Positions 30,493 to 40,568 of a stretch of DNA of 64,000 nt are shown one piece after another. The notes beneath the pieces were generated by a model. That model ran no database searches. It had not been told where the DNA came from and saw only the letters and a program-made list of their open reading frames with translations. The position numbers and the translations under genes were made by a program. Numbering within the stretch: position 1 is the first letter of the stretch; each line of letters begins with the position of its first letter. Source of the DNA: Bacteroidota bacterium (GTDB lineage Bacteria > Bacteroidota > Bacteroidia > UBA8524); the NCBI GenBank assembly GCA_006226545.1, contig SBGR01000026.1, forward strand, positions 201 to 64,200. Reading direction: 5' to 3'.

Positions 30493-31220
30493 CGCGACTG
30501 GTAATAGGTATAATCGCTCAAAAGCTGCCTTAAAAAAGTAACATCGTCTAAATTAGTCTGGATGGCTAATCTATTGCACAGGCGCAAGCGGGCTTGGTAG
30601 GCCATTTCAAATCGCTCCAAGCCTTTTTCCTTTTCATCGTCTATCAGGTTCAATACCTCTTTTACGGTTTGCATATCGTCGCCCGAAAGTTGTTTAGCTT
30701 CCGGAATTCGAGGTTCATAGGTATCGCTAAAAGAATACTCATGAAACCCGGAATCTTCCAAACGTACCCTGTTTTTTACTTTCACTACAACGGTACCCGC
30801 GGCTAAATCGCCCAGACGTTGTTGGTGCTTGGATAAGATAATGCTAGCCAGAGCTACTCCTCCGAAGGAAATGGCTTCAAACACAAAAAGCAGCCAACGC
30901 AAGAAATAACTAACCAAATCCATATCAGAGCCATCCACCTTCATCACCCGAATCTTCATCAGGTTTTTACCTACCGTTTGGCCTTTAAATAGCAATTCAG
31001 CCCAAAATGGATAACTCGCAATGAGCACACTTCCAATGATTCCAAAAATGGATCCTGTCTCTTCGGGAAGCTCAGAGACCACCAAAGTTAGGTAGGCAAT
31101 AAGCAGCAGAATGATTAGCACCAAGTCTATCAGTGCCGCCAGCATTCTATTGCCTAATCCGGCCAATTCAAAGCGTAAATCTACATTGGTGACCGTGTTT
31201 ATCCGTATCGAGGTATCCAT
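30489..31220 (-). CDS. RDD-family membrane protein
   Basis: [20 protein letters not shown]-domain start. Transmembrane helices. Confidence 0.7.
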   Translation of the reverse strand: MDTSIRINTVTNVDLRFELAGLGNRMLAALIDLVLIILLLIAYLTLVVSELPEETGSIFGIIGSVLIASYPFWAELLFKGQTVGKNLMKIRVMKVDGSDMDLVSYFLRWLLFVFEAISFGGVALASIILSKHQQRLGDLAAGTVVVKVKNRVRLEDSGFHEYSFSDTYEPRIPEAKQLSGDDMQTVKEVLNLIDDEKEKGLERFEMAYQARLRLCNRLAIQTNLDDVTFLRQLLSDYTYYQSR

Positions 31221-31349
31221 AATTGTGGCTCAATTTAGGGAATTTTCCATAAGACTAAAGTCCACTCAGAAACTTACCGGAACTGCTAAATCTTGATGGG
31301 AAAAAGCTTTTCCATTCGCTGGGAAAAATGCAAATTTGGACATCTCCCT

Positions 31350-32315
31350 ATGAAAGAAGCCAAATTCCTGAAAACGCGTTCAGCCAAATGGAAAGAAGCC
31401 GAAGCGCGTTTGAAAGAACGCAAGGCTTATTCTCCTGATTACTGGGCTAATGCGTACATTGAATTGAGCGATGACCTTTCATACAGTCAAACCTTCTACC
31501 CGAATTCAAATACCACGGCCTACCTGAATCAATTGCTCAGGCAAGTGCACCGGCAGCTATACAATGCCGAAAGGTTTTCGTGGGGACGAGTTGTGCATTT
31601 TTGGAAAGAGGATGTGCCTGAACTTCTTCTGCATCGCTCTAAACCCATACTGCTCTCCTTCTTAATCTTCGGTATTTGCTTTTTAATTGGGTGGATAAGT
31701 GTTTGGATTGACCCCGACTTCAGCAGGTTAATTATGGGCGATGATTATGTTGACCGCACCGACGTTTACATTGATACGGGCAACCCGATGGGCATTTACG
31801 GATCCATGAATCCGCTGTACATGTTCTTTATGATTACCTCCAACAATATCTGGGTATCCATCATGGTCTTTGCCTTTGGTATTCTAACCAGTATCGGGGT
31901 GGGTGTTTTCTTAGCGAACAACGGCATCATGTTGGGTGCTTTTACAGGCTATTTTTATTTCCAAGACCTCGGACAAATCTCTTCTCAAGCGATTTGGATG
32001 CACGGCACCTTTGAGATTTTCGCTATTGTAATGGCGGGAGGCGCAGGGATTATAATGGGCAACGGCTGGTTATTTCCGGGATCTTTGCCACGCATTCAAA
32101 GCTTCAGACTAGCCGCCGCTCAAGGTGGGAAGCTCATGTTAGCCTTGATTCCTGTATTTGTGATTGCCGGTTTTATTGAAAGTTACTTTACACGACACTA
32201 TAAAAACGAAGTACTCAGTTATGCTACCATAGCGGTTTCGCTTTTGGTAATAATTGGGTACTTCTTGGTTTATCCCTTGTATTTAAAGCGCAAAAATGGA
32301 CGAACAACAAATTGA
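31350..32315 (+). CDS. SpoIIM-like (DUF95) membrane protein
   Basis: Polytopic membrane protein in a conserved neighbourhood with RDD, DUF4129, MoxR and DUF58 genes. Start chosen at MKEAKFLK; the ORF track begins at 31293. Confidence 0.55.
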   Translation: MKEAKFLKTRSAKWKEAEARLKERKAYSPDYWANAYIELSDDLSYSQTFYPNSNTTAYLNQLLRQVHRQLYNAERFSWGRVVHFWKEDVPELLLHRSKPILLSFLIFGICFLIGWISVWIDPDFSRLIMGDDYVDRTDVYIDTGNPMGIYGSMNPLYMFFMITSNNIWVSIMVFAFGILTSIGVGVFLANNGIMLGAFTGYFYFQDLGQISSQAIWMHGTFEIFAIVMAGGAGIIMGNGWLFPGSLPRIQSFRLAAAQGGKLMLALIPVFVIAGFIESYFTRHYKNEVLSYATIAVSLLVIIGYFLVYPLYLKRKNGRTTN

Positions 32316-33192
32316 ATTATACCAAAAAAGGGATTTAGGACAAACCTTAATTGCCGCCATACAGATTGTTAAATCCAATCCGAAACACTTTTTCAAAACG
32401 GCTGTCTTGATGGTTTTGCCTTTGTTTTTGGCCACTTCAACCTTATCCTTTTTAAAACAAAACATCTACGACCCATCGGCAAGTCCGTATGACCGGATTA
32501 TAAATGAATTTTTAGGCCCGATGAATATTCTCAGCCTAATCGCTTCCTATTTGTATACTGCCTCTTGCACTTGGGCTGCTGTTTACTTTTTAAAGTTATA
32601 CAGAGAAAGAGGATCGGGGAACTTTGAAATGGCCGACCTCTGGTCAGAAGTATTTAAACACGGCTGGAAACTGCTTTTTGCATTTATAGCGGTGGTGATC
32701 ATTACTTCAATTGTAGTAGTGGTGGCAGGCTTCTTTGCCAGCATAACCTTGGTTCTTATTCCATTTTTCTACGTCGCCATGCTGCTTGTGTTTAATTTTT
32801 TACTCATGTTCAGCATCATTTACCTGAACGAAGAAGCTGGATTTAGCAACTCCATCGATAGGGTATTTAAACTCATGAAGGGCCGTTGGTTTTCCAGTGT
32901 TGGCTTGCTCATCGTTTGCATTCTCATCCCATTTTCGGTGATTTTCTCTCCGGTAATCATCACGGCTATAATCGACATTGACTCGTTCAGAGAAGTATTT
33001 GACCTAACTGCAGGCCTTAATGTATCCTTTACCTTGCTGCTTGAGAATATCATGCAAATATTAGGGCTGCTTTACCTGCTTTTATTGAACCTCAGCTTTG
33101 CCGTATTCTATTTTTCCCTTAGTGAAGAAAAAGATCACGTATCGCTTAAAAAACGCGTAGAAGACTTAGGCCCTTTGGGCACTTACCAATGA
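32296..33192 (+). CDS. Hypothetical polytopic membrane protein
   Basis: Multiple hydrophobic helices. Overlaps its neighbours at both ends. Confidence 0.5.
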   Translation: MDEQQIELYQKRDLGQTLIAAIQIVKSNPKHFFKTAVLMVLPLFLATSTLSFLKQNIYDPSASPYDRIINEFLGPMNILSLIASYLYTASCTWAAVYFLKLYRERGSGNFEMADLWSEVFKHGWKLLFAFIAVVIITSIVVVVAGFFASITLVLIPFFYVAMLLVFNFLLMFSIIYLNEEAGFSNSIDRVFKLMKGRWFSSVGLLIVCILIPFSVIFSPVIITAIIDIDSFREVFDLTAGLNVSFTLLLENIMQILGLLYLLLLNLSFAVFYFSLSEEKDHVSLKKRVEDLGPLGTYQ

Positions 33193-33920
33193 GGAAACTT
33201 CTCCTTTTCATATTGAGTATCTTAAGCTTTCCGCTTTTCGCTAACAACACTTGGACGCGAGATACGGCTATTTACCGTATTCGCGATTTTGAAGAAAGTC
33301 AGTTGCAGGAGCTAAGAAAAGACGACCGTTACCACTATGAAGAGGCTGAACTGGAACGCGATGCTCCAAGTATGTGGCAATTGCTCAACGACTGGATTAA
33401 GGACCTTCTTAAAAAGTATAATCTCAACCACGAGCCGGAAACCGTGGAGATGTGGACCAATATCCTGATTTGGTCTCTGGTGGGCATTGCACTTTTACTG
33501 GTGATCTGGTTCCTAGCGCGAAATAGCAATTTTGCACAACTCTTTAAACGCGGTGACCAAGACCTGAAAGAGGCCATCGAGTTTTTGTCCTATACCGGCA
33601 CTAATTCCAACTTGGAAGAAGACTTACAACAGGCAGAAGCCAAAGCAGATTATCCATTGGCCTTGCGACTGTTATTTATCCGCAGTTTGCGCATTTTAGA
33701 AGATGCCATGCTCATCAGTTTTAAAAAGGATAAAACCAATAGCGAATACCTGGATGAACTTCGCTTGAAGGCCCAATACCCTTACGTGGAACGGTTAACC
33801 CATTGGTTTGAACGCGTGCATTACGGAGAATACGAAATCAATTCATCTCAATACGCGGAGTGCAAGGAACTCTTTTCGCAAATGCGTCAAACTCTGAAAG
33901 GAGGCACAGATCATGGATAA
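33189..33920 (+). CDS. DUF4129-like membrane-anchored protein
   Basis: Signal/transmembrane segment, a second transmembrane segment, and a C-terminal helical domain (…LTHWFERVHYGEY…). Genomic context matches the DUF4129-DUF4350-MoxR-DUF58 module. Confidence 0.5.
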   Translation: MRKLLLFILSILSFPLFANNTWTRDTAIYRIRDFEESQLQELRKDDRYHYEEAELERDAPSMWQLLNDWIKDLLKKYNLNHEPETVEMWTNILIWSLVGIALLLVIWFLARNSNFAQLFKRGDQDLKEAIEFLSYTGTNSNLEEDLQQAEAKADYPLALRLLFIRSLRILEDAMLISFKKDKTNSEYLDELRLKAQYPYVERLTHWFERVHYGEYEINSSQYAECKELFSQMRQTLKGGTDHG

Positions 33921-35070
33921 ACGGTATCTGTACTTGCTAATTCCTGTGGTCATCCTGGCCTATTTAACGGGTGGTCAAACTCAATCGCCAACACGTTTAG
34001 AGACCTATGAAGCGAATGATCCCGGACCTTACGGCACCGAGGTTTTACGCAAACTGCTTCCACGATTTTTCCTCGATAAAACCATTGAAGACATCAATGA
34101 GCCCATGCTGAACAGGCAGACGGCCTTTGAATTCAGCCTCAACTCCAACCTTATTTTCATTAGCAAAGACTTGGATTTTAGCTTGCCTGAGTTGGAGATC
34201 ATGCGCGATTTCATGGAGAAGGGCAATGATATTTTTGTTTCAGCAGACGACTTCAACCCGGGCTTCTTAAGTGAATTTGACCTTACCATTGAAGACCGTG
34301 TTATCTATTCTGGCGATAGCATTCACCTGAAGTATTCGCATCCGAAACACCACGCTAAGGAAGCACTGAGTCCGGATTTTGTTTACCATTACTTTACGCT
34401 CGACAGCAGTTTTGATGGAAAAGTGCTAGGAACAGTAGAGCGCGATACCTTCCCATTCTTCATCCGAGTACCTGTGGGCAGCGGTAACTTATTGATTCAC
34501 CTTCAGCCACGCATTTTCAGCAACCAGGAAATCCTACGTGGCGAAGACCACGCTGAGTTGGCCCTCTCCTACCTTAAGTTGCAAGACACGTATTGGGACA
34601 ATTACCACAAAACTTACAAGCGCATCAAGGAACATAAGCTCACCTACATTAAATCCAACCCGCCGCTCTGGATTGCATTGCGCGTTTTACTTATGGCAGG
34701 ATTACTCTTTATCTTCTTTGAAGCGAAACGCAGGCAAAGGGCCATTCCGGTTATCAAAGCCCCAAGAAACGAAAGCCTGAACTTCATTCGAACCATCGCT
34801 AACTTGTATTTTAATGAAGGCAAACACCGGGAGATGGCAGACAAGAAAATTCAACACTTTTACCAAGAAGTATACGCCCGACTAAACATCAATAGACAGG
34901 ATACTGCGTTCTTGGAAAAGCTACAAAAGAAAACAGGCATGGAGCCCGAATTACTCGATTTACTCCAAGCACAATTGAACTATAATCAGCGGAATAAAAC
35001 CTTTACACAGAAGGATCTGCTGGAATTAAATAACGTGATAGACACTTGTTATGAACGAATTAGAAAATAG
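33913..35070 (+). CDS. DUF4350-like protein with N-terminal and C-terminal transmembrane anchors
   Basis: Context and size. No catalytic motif recognised. Confidence 0.45.
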   Translation: MDKRYLYLLIPVVILAYLTGGQTQSPTRLETYEANDPGPYGTEVLRKLLPRFFLDKTIEDINEPMLNRQTAFEFSLNSNLIFISKDLDFSLPELEIMRDFMEKGNDIFVSADDFNPGFLSEFDLTIEDRVIYSGDSIHLKYSHPKHHAKEALSPDFVYHYFTLDSSFDGKVLGTVERDTFPFFIRVPVGSGNLLIHLQPRIFSNQEILRGEDHAELALSYLKLQDTYWDNYHKTYKRIKEHKLTYIKSNPPLWIALRVLLMAGLLFIFFEAKRRQRAIPVIKAPRNESLNFIRTIANLYFNEGKHREMADKKIQHFYQEVYARLNINRQDTAFLEKLQKKTGMEPELLDLLQAQLNYNQRNKTFTQKDLLELNNVIDTCYERIRK

Positions 35071-36043
35071 CCATTTGGAAGAAGAGCACCGCATCGACTT
35101 TGCTGCTTTTCACGAGAAAATTGAAGCCATTAAAAGCGGACTCTCCAAGGCGGTAATTGGTCAACATCAGCTGGTAGAACAGGTACTCATAGCTCTATTT
35201 GCGAATGGGCATGTATTGATTGAAGGCGTTCCTGGCGTGGCCAAAACGCTGCTGGCTAAATCGGTGAGTCGTTCTGTAAACACCCGATTTGCGCGTATCC
35301 AGTTTACGCCTGATTTAATGCCGAGCGATATTTTGGGAACCAGCATCTTCAACCAGAAAACCCAAGACTTTGAATTGAGAAAAGGGCCTATTTACGCCAA
35401 CCTTGTGTTGATTGATGAGATCAACCGCGCCCCGGCTAAAACGCAAGCTGCCTTGTTTGAAGTGATGGAGGAGCGTCAGGTGAGTTTGGACGGACAAACC
35501 ATCAAAATGGAGGAGCCTTTTATGGTTATCGCTACCCAAAACCCGGTAGAACACGAAGGAACCTACCGCTTACCAGAGGCTCAGCTCGATCGTTTTATGA
35601 TGAAGATTGTAGCCGATTATCCGCAAGTAGACGAAGAGCTTGAAGTGTTAAAAAGCCATCATAATTACGGTCAACAAGAACTGTACAAGCAGGTAGAAGC
35701 AGTTATCAATCCGGAAGAGATTGCCAAGTTCAAAGCCCAAATCAAAGGCGTGAAGGTGGAAGACCATATGCTTCGCTATATCAATGAAATTGTACGCAGA
35801 ACCCGTGAATACCCAGGCATTTTCTTAGGGGCATCGCCTCGAGCAGGTATTGCTATGCTGGCGGCCTCCAAGGTTTTGGCAGCGATGCACGACCGTGATT
35901 TTGTAACACCTGATGATATCAAATCTGTGGCTCTTCCCGTGATGCGTCACCGTATCTTACTTACACCTGAGCGTGAAATGGAAGGCAGCAATCCGGATGA
36001 CCTTATTCGTGAAATCATTGGCCAAGTAGAAGTTCCAAGGTAA
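35051..36043 (+). CDS. MoxR-family AAA+ ATPase
   Basis: Walker A GVPGVAKT. Walker B LVLIDEINRA. Sensor regions typical of MoxR/AAA_3. Confidence 0.88.
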   Translation: MNELENSHLEEEHRIDFAAFHEKIEAIKSGLSKAVIGQHQLVEQVLIALFANGHVLIEGVPGVAKTLLAKSVSRSVNTRFARIQFTPDLMPSDILGTSIFNQKTQDFELRKGPIYANLVLIDEINRAPAKTQAALFEVMEERQVSLDGQTIKMEEPFMVIATQNPVEHEGTYRLPEAQLDRFMMKIVADYPQVDEELEVLKSHHNYGQQELYKQVEAVINPEEIAKFKAQIKGVKVEDHMLRYINEIVRRTREYPGIFLGASPRAGIAMLAASKVLAAMHDRDFVTPDDIKSVALPVMRHRILLTPEREMEGSNPDDLIREIIGQVEVPR

Positions 36044-37383
36044 TGTCGAGTTTAAAGCAATACTATTTTTCCTTTTTCCCTAGCCTGCGGTTTTATGGCG
36101 GACTCGGCTTGGGCGTGGTATTGCTTATTCTCTCCTATTTCTTTCCGGCACTTTATTTCTTCGCTAAACTGTTTTTGGTGCTGTTGGGCGCCTTAACCCT
36201 ATTGGAGACGGCTTTGCTTTACTCAGGCAACCACATCAAAGCAACTCGCAACACGCCGGAGCGCTTGTCTAATGGCGATCCCAACCCTATTAAGGTAAAC
36301 ATCGATTCCATCTACGCTATTCCTGTTCAAGTGAAAGTGATAGACGAATTACCGGTGCAACTGCAGGTTCGGCAATTTGAAATTCAAGACTCCATCAACA
36401 GCAATAGCTCCAAAACCATAGAATACTTGATTTACCCGAAGTCGAGAGGAAACTACGCCTTCGGCAAATTGCATGTATTTGCTTCTTGCTTGGCGGGATT
36501 AATTGAGCGAAGATTCAGCTTTGAGGCAGCACAAGACCTTGCTTGTTATCCATCCTACCTGCAGCTTCGGCAGTTTGAGTTCCTAGCGATATCGAATCGC
36601 TTACAAGATGCAGGCATCAAGAAAATTAGACGCCTTGGACACCATTACGAATTTGAAAAAATCAAAGACTATGTGCCCGGCGACGATATCCGAACGGTAA
36701 ACTGGAAAGCCACAGCGAGAAGAAGCAAGTTGATGGTGAACCTTTACGAAGACGAGAAATCGCAGCAAGTCTATTCCATCTTGGATTTAGGTCGGGTAAT
36801 GCGCAATCCGTTTAACGGAATGACCTTATTGGATTATGCAATCAATACTTCCTTGGTATTGAGCAGCATTGCCATCAACAAATACGACAAAGCCGGACTC
36901 ATTGCTTTTGATCATGCTAATGTAGACATCTTGCCGGCCGATCGCCGCTCCGGCCAGATGCGCAAGATTCAAGAAAAACTCTACAAAGTGGATACGCATT
37001 TTCTAGAGTCAGATTTCGAGCGACTATACCTCCAAATCAGGCATAAGCTAAACCAACGATCACTATTGGTTTTGTATACCAATTTCGATACGGTTAACTC
37101 CATGCGCAGGCATTTGCCTTTCCTTCGCTTTATCAATAAACGCCATCTTTTACTTTTGGTGTTTTTTAAAGACACTCAATTGGAAGCGGTATTGGAAGAG
37201 CCCGTTCACAAGGTCTCCGAAGTATACGTTAAAACCGTAGCAGAGAAATTCCAGTTTGAGAAACAACTTATTGTTGACGAGCTCCGAAAAGAAGGCATCA
37301 TGAGCATTCTCTCTCGCCCTGAAGATTTAAGCGCCAATACCTTAAACAAGTACCTGGAGTTGAAATCGCGTGGACTCCTCTAG
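36043..37383 (+). CDS. DUF58 (vWA-like) protein, the usual MoxR partner
   Basis: DUF58 motif DDIRTVNWKATARRSKLMVNLYEDE...ILDLG. N-terminal transmembrane helices. Confidence 0.8.
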   Translation: MSSLKQYYFSFFPSLRFYGGLGLGVVLLILSYFFPALYFFAKLFLVLLGALTLLETALLYSGNHIKATRNTPERLSNGDPNPIKVNIDSIYAIPVQVKVIDELPVQLQVRQFEIQDSINSNSSKTIEYLIYPKSRGNYAFGKLHVFASCLAGLIERRFSFEAAQDLACYPSYLQLRQFEFLAISNRLQDAGIKKIRRLGHHYEFEKIKDYVPGDDIRTVNWKATARRSKLMVNLYEDEKSQQVYSILDLGRVMRNPFNGMTLLDYAINTSLVLSSIAINKYDKAGLIAFDHANVDILPADRRSGQMRKIQEKLYKVDTHFLESDFERLYLQIRHKLNQRSLLVLYTNFDTVNSMRRHLPFLRFINKRHLLLLVFFKDTQLEAVLEEPVHKVSEVYVKTVAEKFQFEKQLIVDELRKEGIMSILSRPEDLSANTLNKYLELKSRGLL

Positions 37384-37437
37384 CTTTTCTCATTCCAGAA
37401 AAACACATTAAATTCGAATTCCAAACCATTGTAGAAG

Positions 37438-38394
37438 ATGAAAAGAATTTTACTGCTTATCGGGGCCGCATTGGCTCTAAGTTCTGCTGCAAAAGCACAG
37501 AAGAATGTTTACCTCACCGTTAAACACATGTTGGGTTCGGAATCCTTTGCTTTCAATAAAAGCTTTAGAAGCAGCGAGGGAGACTCAGTAAAATACACCC
37601 GCATGCAATACTATATCAGTGGCATCAAACTGATACACGATGGCGGCCAAGAGACGGCGCTTTCCGATAAATATCTCTTAGTGAATGCTGGCTCATCCGA
37701 TAGTTTCAGTTTAGGTCAACAAAACATCACATCGCTCGAAAAAATTCGTTTTTACATAGGCGTTGATGGTGGCGTAAACCACGGTGATCCAGCTGCTTGG
37801 CCGGGCAACCACGCTTTAGCTCCAAAGTCGCCGTCTATGCACTGGGGCTGGGCCGCAGGTTACCGTTTTTTGGCCTTAGAAGGACTATGTGGAAATGGTA
37901 TAAGTCAAGCCATGGAGCTTCATGCAGTTGGTGATGGCCTGTATTTCGAAACTGTAATAGCCACCAGCGGTATTAGCAATGGATCTGATTTAAGCATTCA
38001 ATTATCGGCAGATTATTCCAAGGCGGTTATGGGCATCGATTTATCCAACGGCCTAACCCGCCATGGTGATGGTGAGAACGAAACCATGGCATTGCTGAAC
38101 TTCGTTTCATCGGTTTTCACTTCATCAGAAGGAAATCAGTCTACCCTAAACGTAGAAAAACCAAAAGAACTGAATTGCAATTTGTACCCGAATCCAAGTA
38201 GGGGACAAGCTTCCTTAAGCTTTGATCAAGTGGAGGAAAGAAAAATTCAAATGCACGATATCCAAGGAAAACTCGCATTAAGCTTAACTACTTCAGATGC
38301 TCAGGTACCATTGAACTGGACAAAACCCGGCATGTATTTCATTACCATTTCAGCCGGAGAAACTAAAAAAGTGCTGACATGGATTGTACGATAA
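37438..38394 (+). CDS. Secreted protein with a T9SS type-A C-terminal sorting domain; possible MbnP-like partner of the downstream di-heme peroxidases
   Basis: Signal peptide MKRILLLIGAALALSSAAKA. Trp-rich core (HWGWAAGYRF). C-terminus LYPNPSRGQASLSF...GMYFITI...VLTWIVR matches the T9SS CTD. Lies directly upstream of two MauG/CCP-like genes and overlaps the first. Confidence 0.4.
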   Translation: MKRILLLIGAALALSSAAKAQKNVYLTVKHMLGSESFAFNKSFRSSEGDSVKYTRMQYYISGIKLIHDGGQETALSDKYLLVNAGSSDSFSLGQQNITSLEKIRFYIGVDGGVNHGDPAAWPGNHALAPKSPSMHWGWAAGYRFLALEGLCGNGISQAMELHAVGDGLYFETVIATSGISNGSDLSIQLSADYSKAVMGIDLSNGLTRHGDGENETMALLNFVSSVFTSSEGNQSTLNVEKPKELNCNLYPNPSRGQASLSFDQVEERKIQMHDIQGKLALSLTTSDAQVPLNWTKPGMYFITISAGETKKVLTWIVR

Positions 38395-39485
38395 AACATA
38401 CCAAAACAGGCATTCTATTCTTGGCTATTCTCGGACTTTGGCTGGGATTAGAGGCTTGTCAGAAAGATTCCCCAATCACCGAGCCTGATGCGGGAAACCC
38501 TGCGTATGAGCTGAGTTATCAGAATCTATCAGACCCGGATATTCCGGCTGATAATCCTTTGACGGTAGAAGGCGTTAAGCTCGGCCGACTCTTATTTTAC
38601 GAAAAAATGCTTTCAGGTGATGGAACCCAAAGTTGTGCTGATTGCCATCGCCAAAGCAATGCCTTTTCCGATACGGCTCGGTTTTCTACCGGCATAGCCG
38701 GGATGCAAGGAAAACGACAGGCCATGGCGGTTTTTAATATGCTTTGGAATAGCAATGGTTTCTTTTGGGATGGCCGTGCAAGCCTCTTGCGTCACCAGGC
38801 TTTATTACCAATTCAGGACCCTTTAGAGATGAATGAAAGCCTGAGCAATGTGGTGAATAAACTTTCCAACAGTAGCCTATATCCGACTCAATTTGAAAAA
38901 GCCTTTGGAAGCAGGGAAATCACCGAAACACTCATTTCCTTAGCTCTTGAGCAGTTTATGAACAGCATCACTTCTAGCTCAAGCAAATACGATGACTACC
39001 TGCAAGGCAAACAAAGCTTGAGTGCCTCTGAAGAGCGGGGACGAAAATTGTTTTTTGCTGAATACAATCCGTTTTTCCCGGAAGAATCTGGTGCCGACTG
39101 TGCTCATTGCCATTCAGGAAACAATTTTGAAAACGACTTATACATGAACAATGGCTTGGATACGTTCTTTACCGGGATGGATATCGGACATCAAAAAGTG
39201 ACCAATAACGCGAATGACCGTTCTCGGTTTAAAGTAACAAGCCTACGCAATATTGAGCTTACGCAACCCTATATGCACGATGGTCGTTTTCAAACTTTAG
39301 AAGAAGTAATTGACCATTATAATAGTGGATTATTCGATTCTCCTACTTTGGATCCGGCTTTGAAAAACACCTTGGGAACTGGCCTCATGCTTGATGTTCA
39401 AGACAAGGCAGATCTTATTGCATTTTTAAAGACTCTGACCGATACCAAGCTTATCAGCAATCCGGCATATGCCAATCCGCATTAA
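38379..39485 (+). CDS. Di-heme cytochrome c peroxidase/MauG (MbnH-like) family enzyme, copy 1
   Basis: Two CxxCH motifs (CADCH, CAHCH). Lipoprotein-type signal peptide. 368 aa. Confidence 0.8.
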   Translation: MDCTIKHTKTGILFLAILGLWLGLEACQKDSPITEPDAGNPAYELSYQNLSDPDIPADNPLTVEGVKLGRLLFYEKMLSGDGTQSCADCHRQSNAFSDTARFSTGIAGMQGKRQAMAVFNMLWNSNGFFWDGRASLLRHQALLPIQDPLEMNESLSNVVNKLSNSSLYPTQFEKAFGSREITETLISLALEQFMNSITSSSSKYDDYLQGKQSLSASEERGRKLFFAEYNPFFPEESGADCAHCHSGNNFENDLYMNNGLDTFFTGMDIGHQKVTNNANDRSRFKVTSLRNIELTQPYMHDGRFQTLEEVIDHYNSGLFDSPTLDPALKNTLGTGLMLDVQDKADLIAFLKTLTDTKLISNPAYANPH

Positions 39486-40488
39486 TCAAAAATGGATTTT
39501 ACTCGGCCTAGCAAGCTCCCTTTACTTTTTGGCTTGCCGGCAAGGAGAAACCGTTTTGCCCAGTGAGGAAGTTTGGTATGCTAGAGAAATACCTTACTTC
39601 CCGCCAAAGAATATTCCTTCCGATAATCAATTAACCCCAGAACGCATCGCTTTAGGGAAAGCCCTGTTTTTTGATCCAATTTTATCTCGCGACTCCAGTC
39701 TGAGTTGTGCTTCATGTCATAAACAGGAATTTGCTTTTGCCGATAACAAAACCAAGACACCCGGAATAGCAAATAGACCAGGTACCCGGAATGTTCCCGT
39801 GCTTTTTAACCTTGTTTACCAAGACCGGTTTTTACGGGAAGGATCGCTCCCTACATTGGAAATGCAAGTGCTTGTACCGATACAGGAGCACAATGAATTC
39901 GATTTCAATATTGTTGATATAGCGGACAAACTGAAGCTCATTCCTTTTTACGATTCGCTAGCTAAACTCGCCTATAACCGCGAACCGGATCCATTTGTCA
40001 TTACAAGAAGTATCTCTGCCTTTGAGCGAACTTTAATCAGTGCAGACAGTAAATACGATCAGGTTCGACTGGGTAAAACTAAATTCAATCAAACAGAAGA
40101 ATTAGGTTATTCCCTGTTCAAAACGTTTTGCGCCAGCTGTCATACTGAGCCTCTGTTTACCAACCATCAGAATGCCAACAACGGCCTTTACGTGCATTAC
40201 AATGATCCCGGAAGGTATCGATTCACCAAAATACCGAAGGATAGCGGCTCCTTTAAAATTCCAAGTTTGCGAAACATAGCCTTTACAGCGCCCTATATGC
40301 ACAATGGTTCACTAAAAGACTTGGATGCCGTTATCCTACACTATAATATGGGTGGACAACACGGGCCAAACCAAGATGGGAGAGTTCAAGCATTGAACTT
40401 AAACCCCACACAGAAAGCTGCCTTGAAAGCATTTCTCCTCACTTTAAGTGATTATTCTTTCTTGAACGATCCAAACTTCAAACCATAA
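39469..40488 (+). CDS. Di-heme cytochrome c peroxidase/MauG-like enzyme, copy 2 (tandem paralog)
   Basis: Two CxxCH motifs (CASCH twice). Shared motifs with copy 1 (…PYMH[DN]G…L..V..HYN). Confidence 0.8.
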   Translation: MPIRINQKWILLGLASSLYFLACRQGETVLPSEEVWYAREIPYFPPKNIPSDNQLTPERIALGKALFFDPILSRDSSLSCASCHKQEFAFADNKTKTPGIANRPGTRNVPVLFNLVYQDRFLREGSLPTLEMQVLVPIQEHNEFDFNIVDIADKLKLIPFYDSLAKLAYNREPDPFVITRSISAFERTLISADSKYDQVRLGKTKFNQTEELGYSLFKTFCASCHTEPLFTNHQNANNGLYVHYNDPGRYRFTKIPKDSGSFKIPSLRNIAFTAPYMHNGSLKDLDAVILHYNMGGQHGPNQDGRVQALNLNPTQKAALKAFLLTLSDYSFLNDPNFKP

Positions 40489-40568
40489 GGCGCTGTATTT
40501 CTTTTGTTTGAGTAGGATTATTTGATTTAAATCTCAATTTAACTAACTTGCGTTAGTTTAACGAAGTT

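Noticed and set aside
37395-37415. AATTCGAATTCC palindrome and other TTCGAAT-like strings, checked as possible tRNA T-loops
   Set aside because: There is no surrounding cloverleaf, and no acceptor or anticodon stem complementarity. I see no tRNA in the window.
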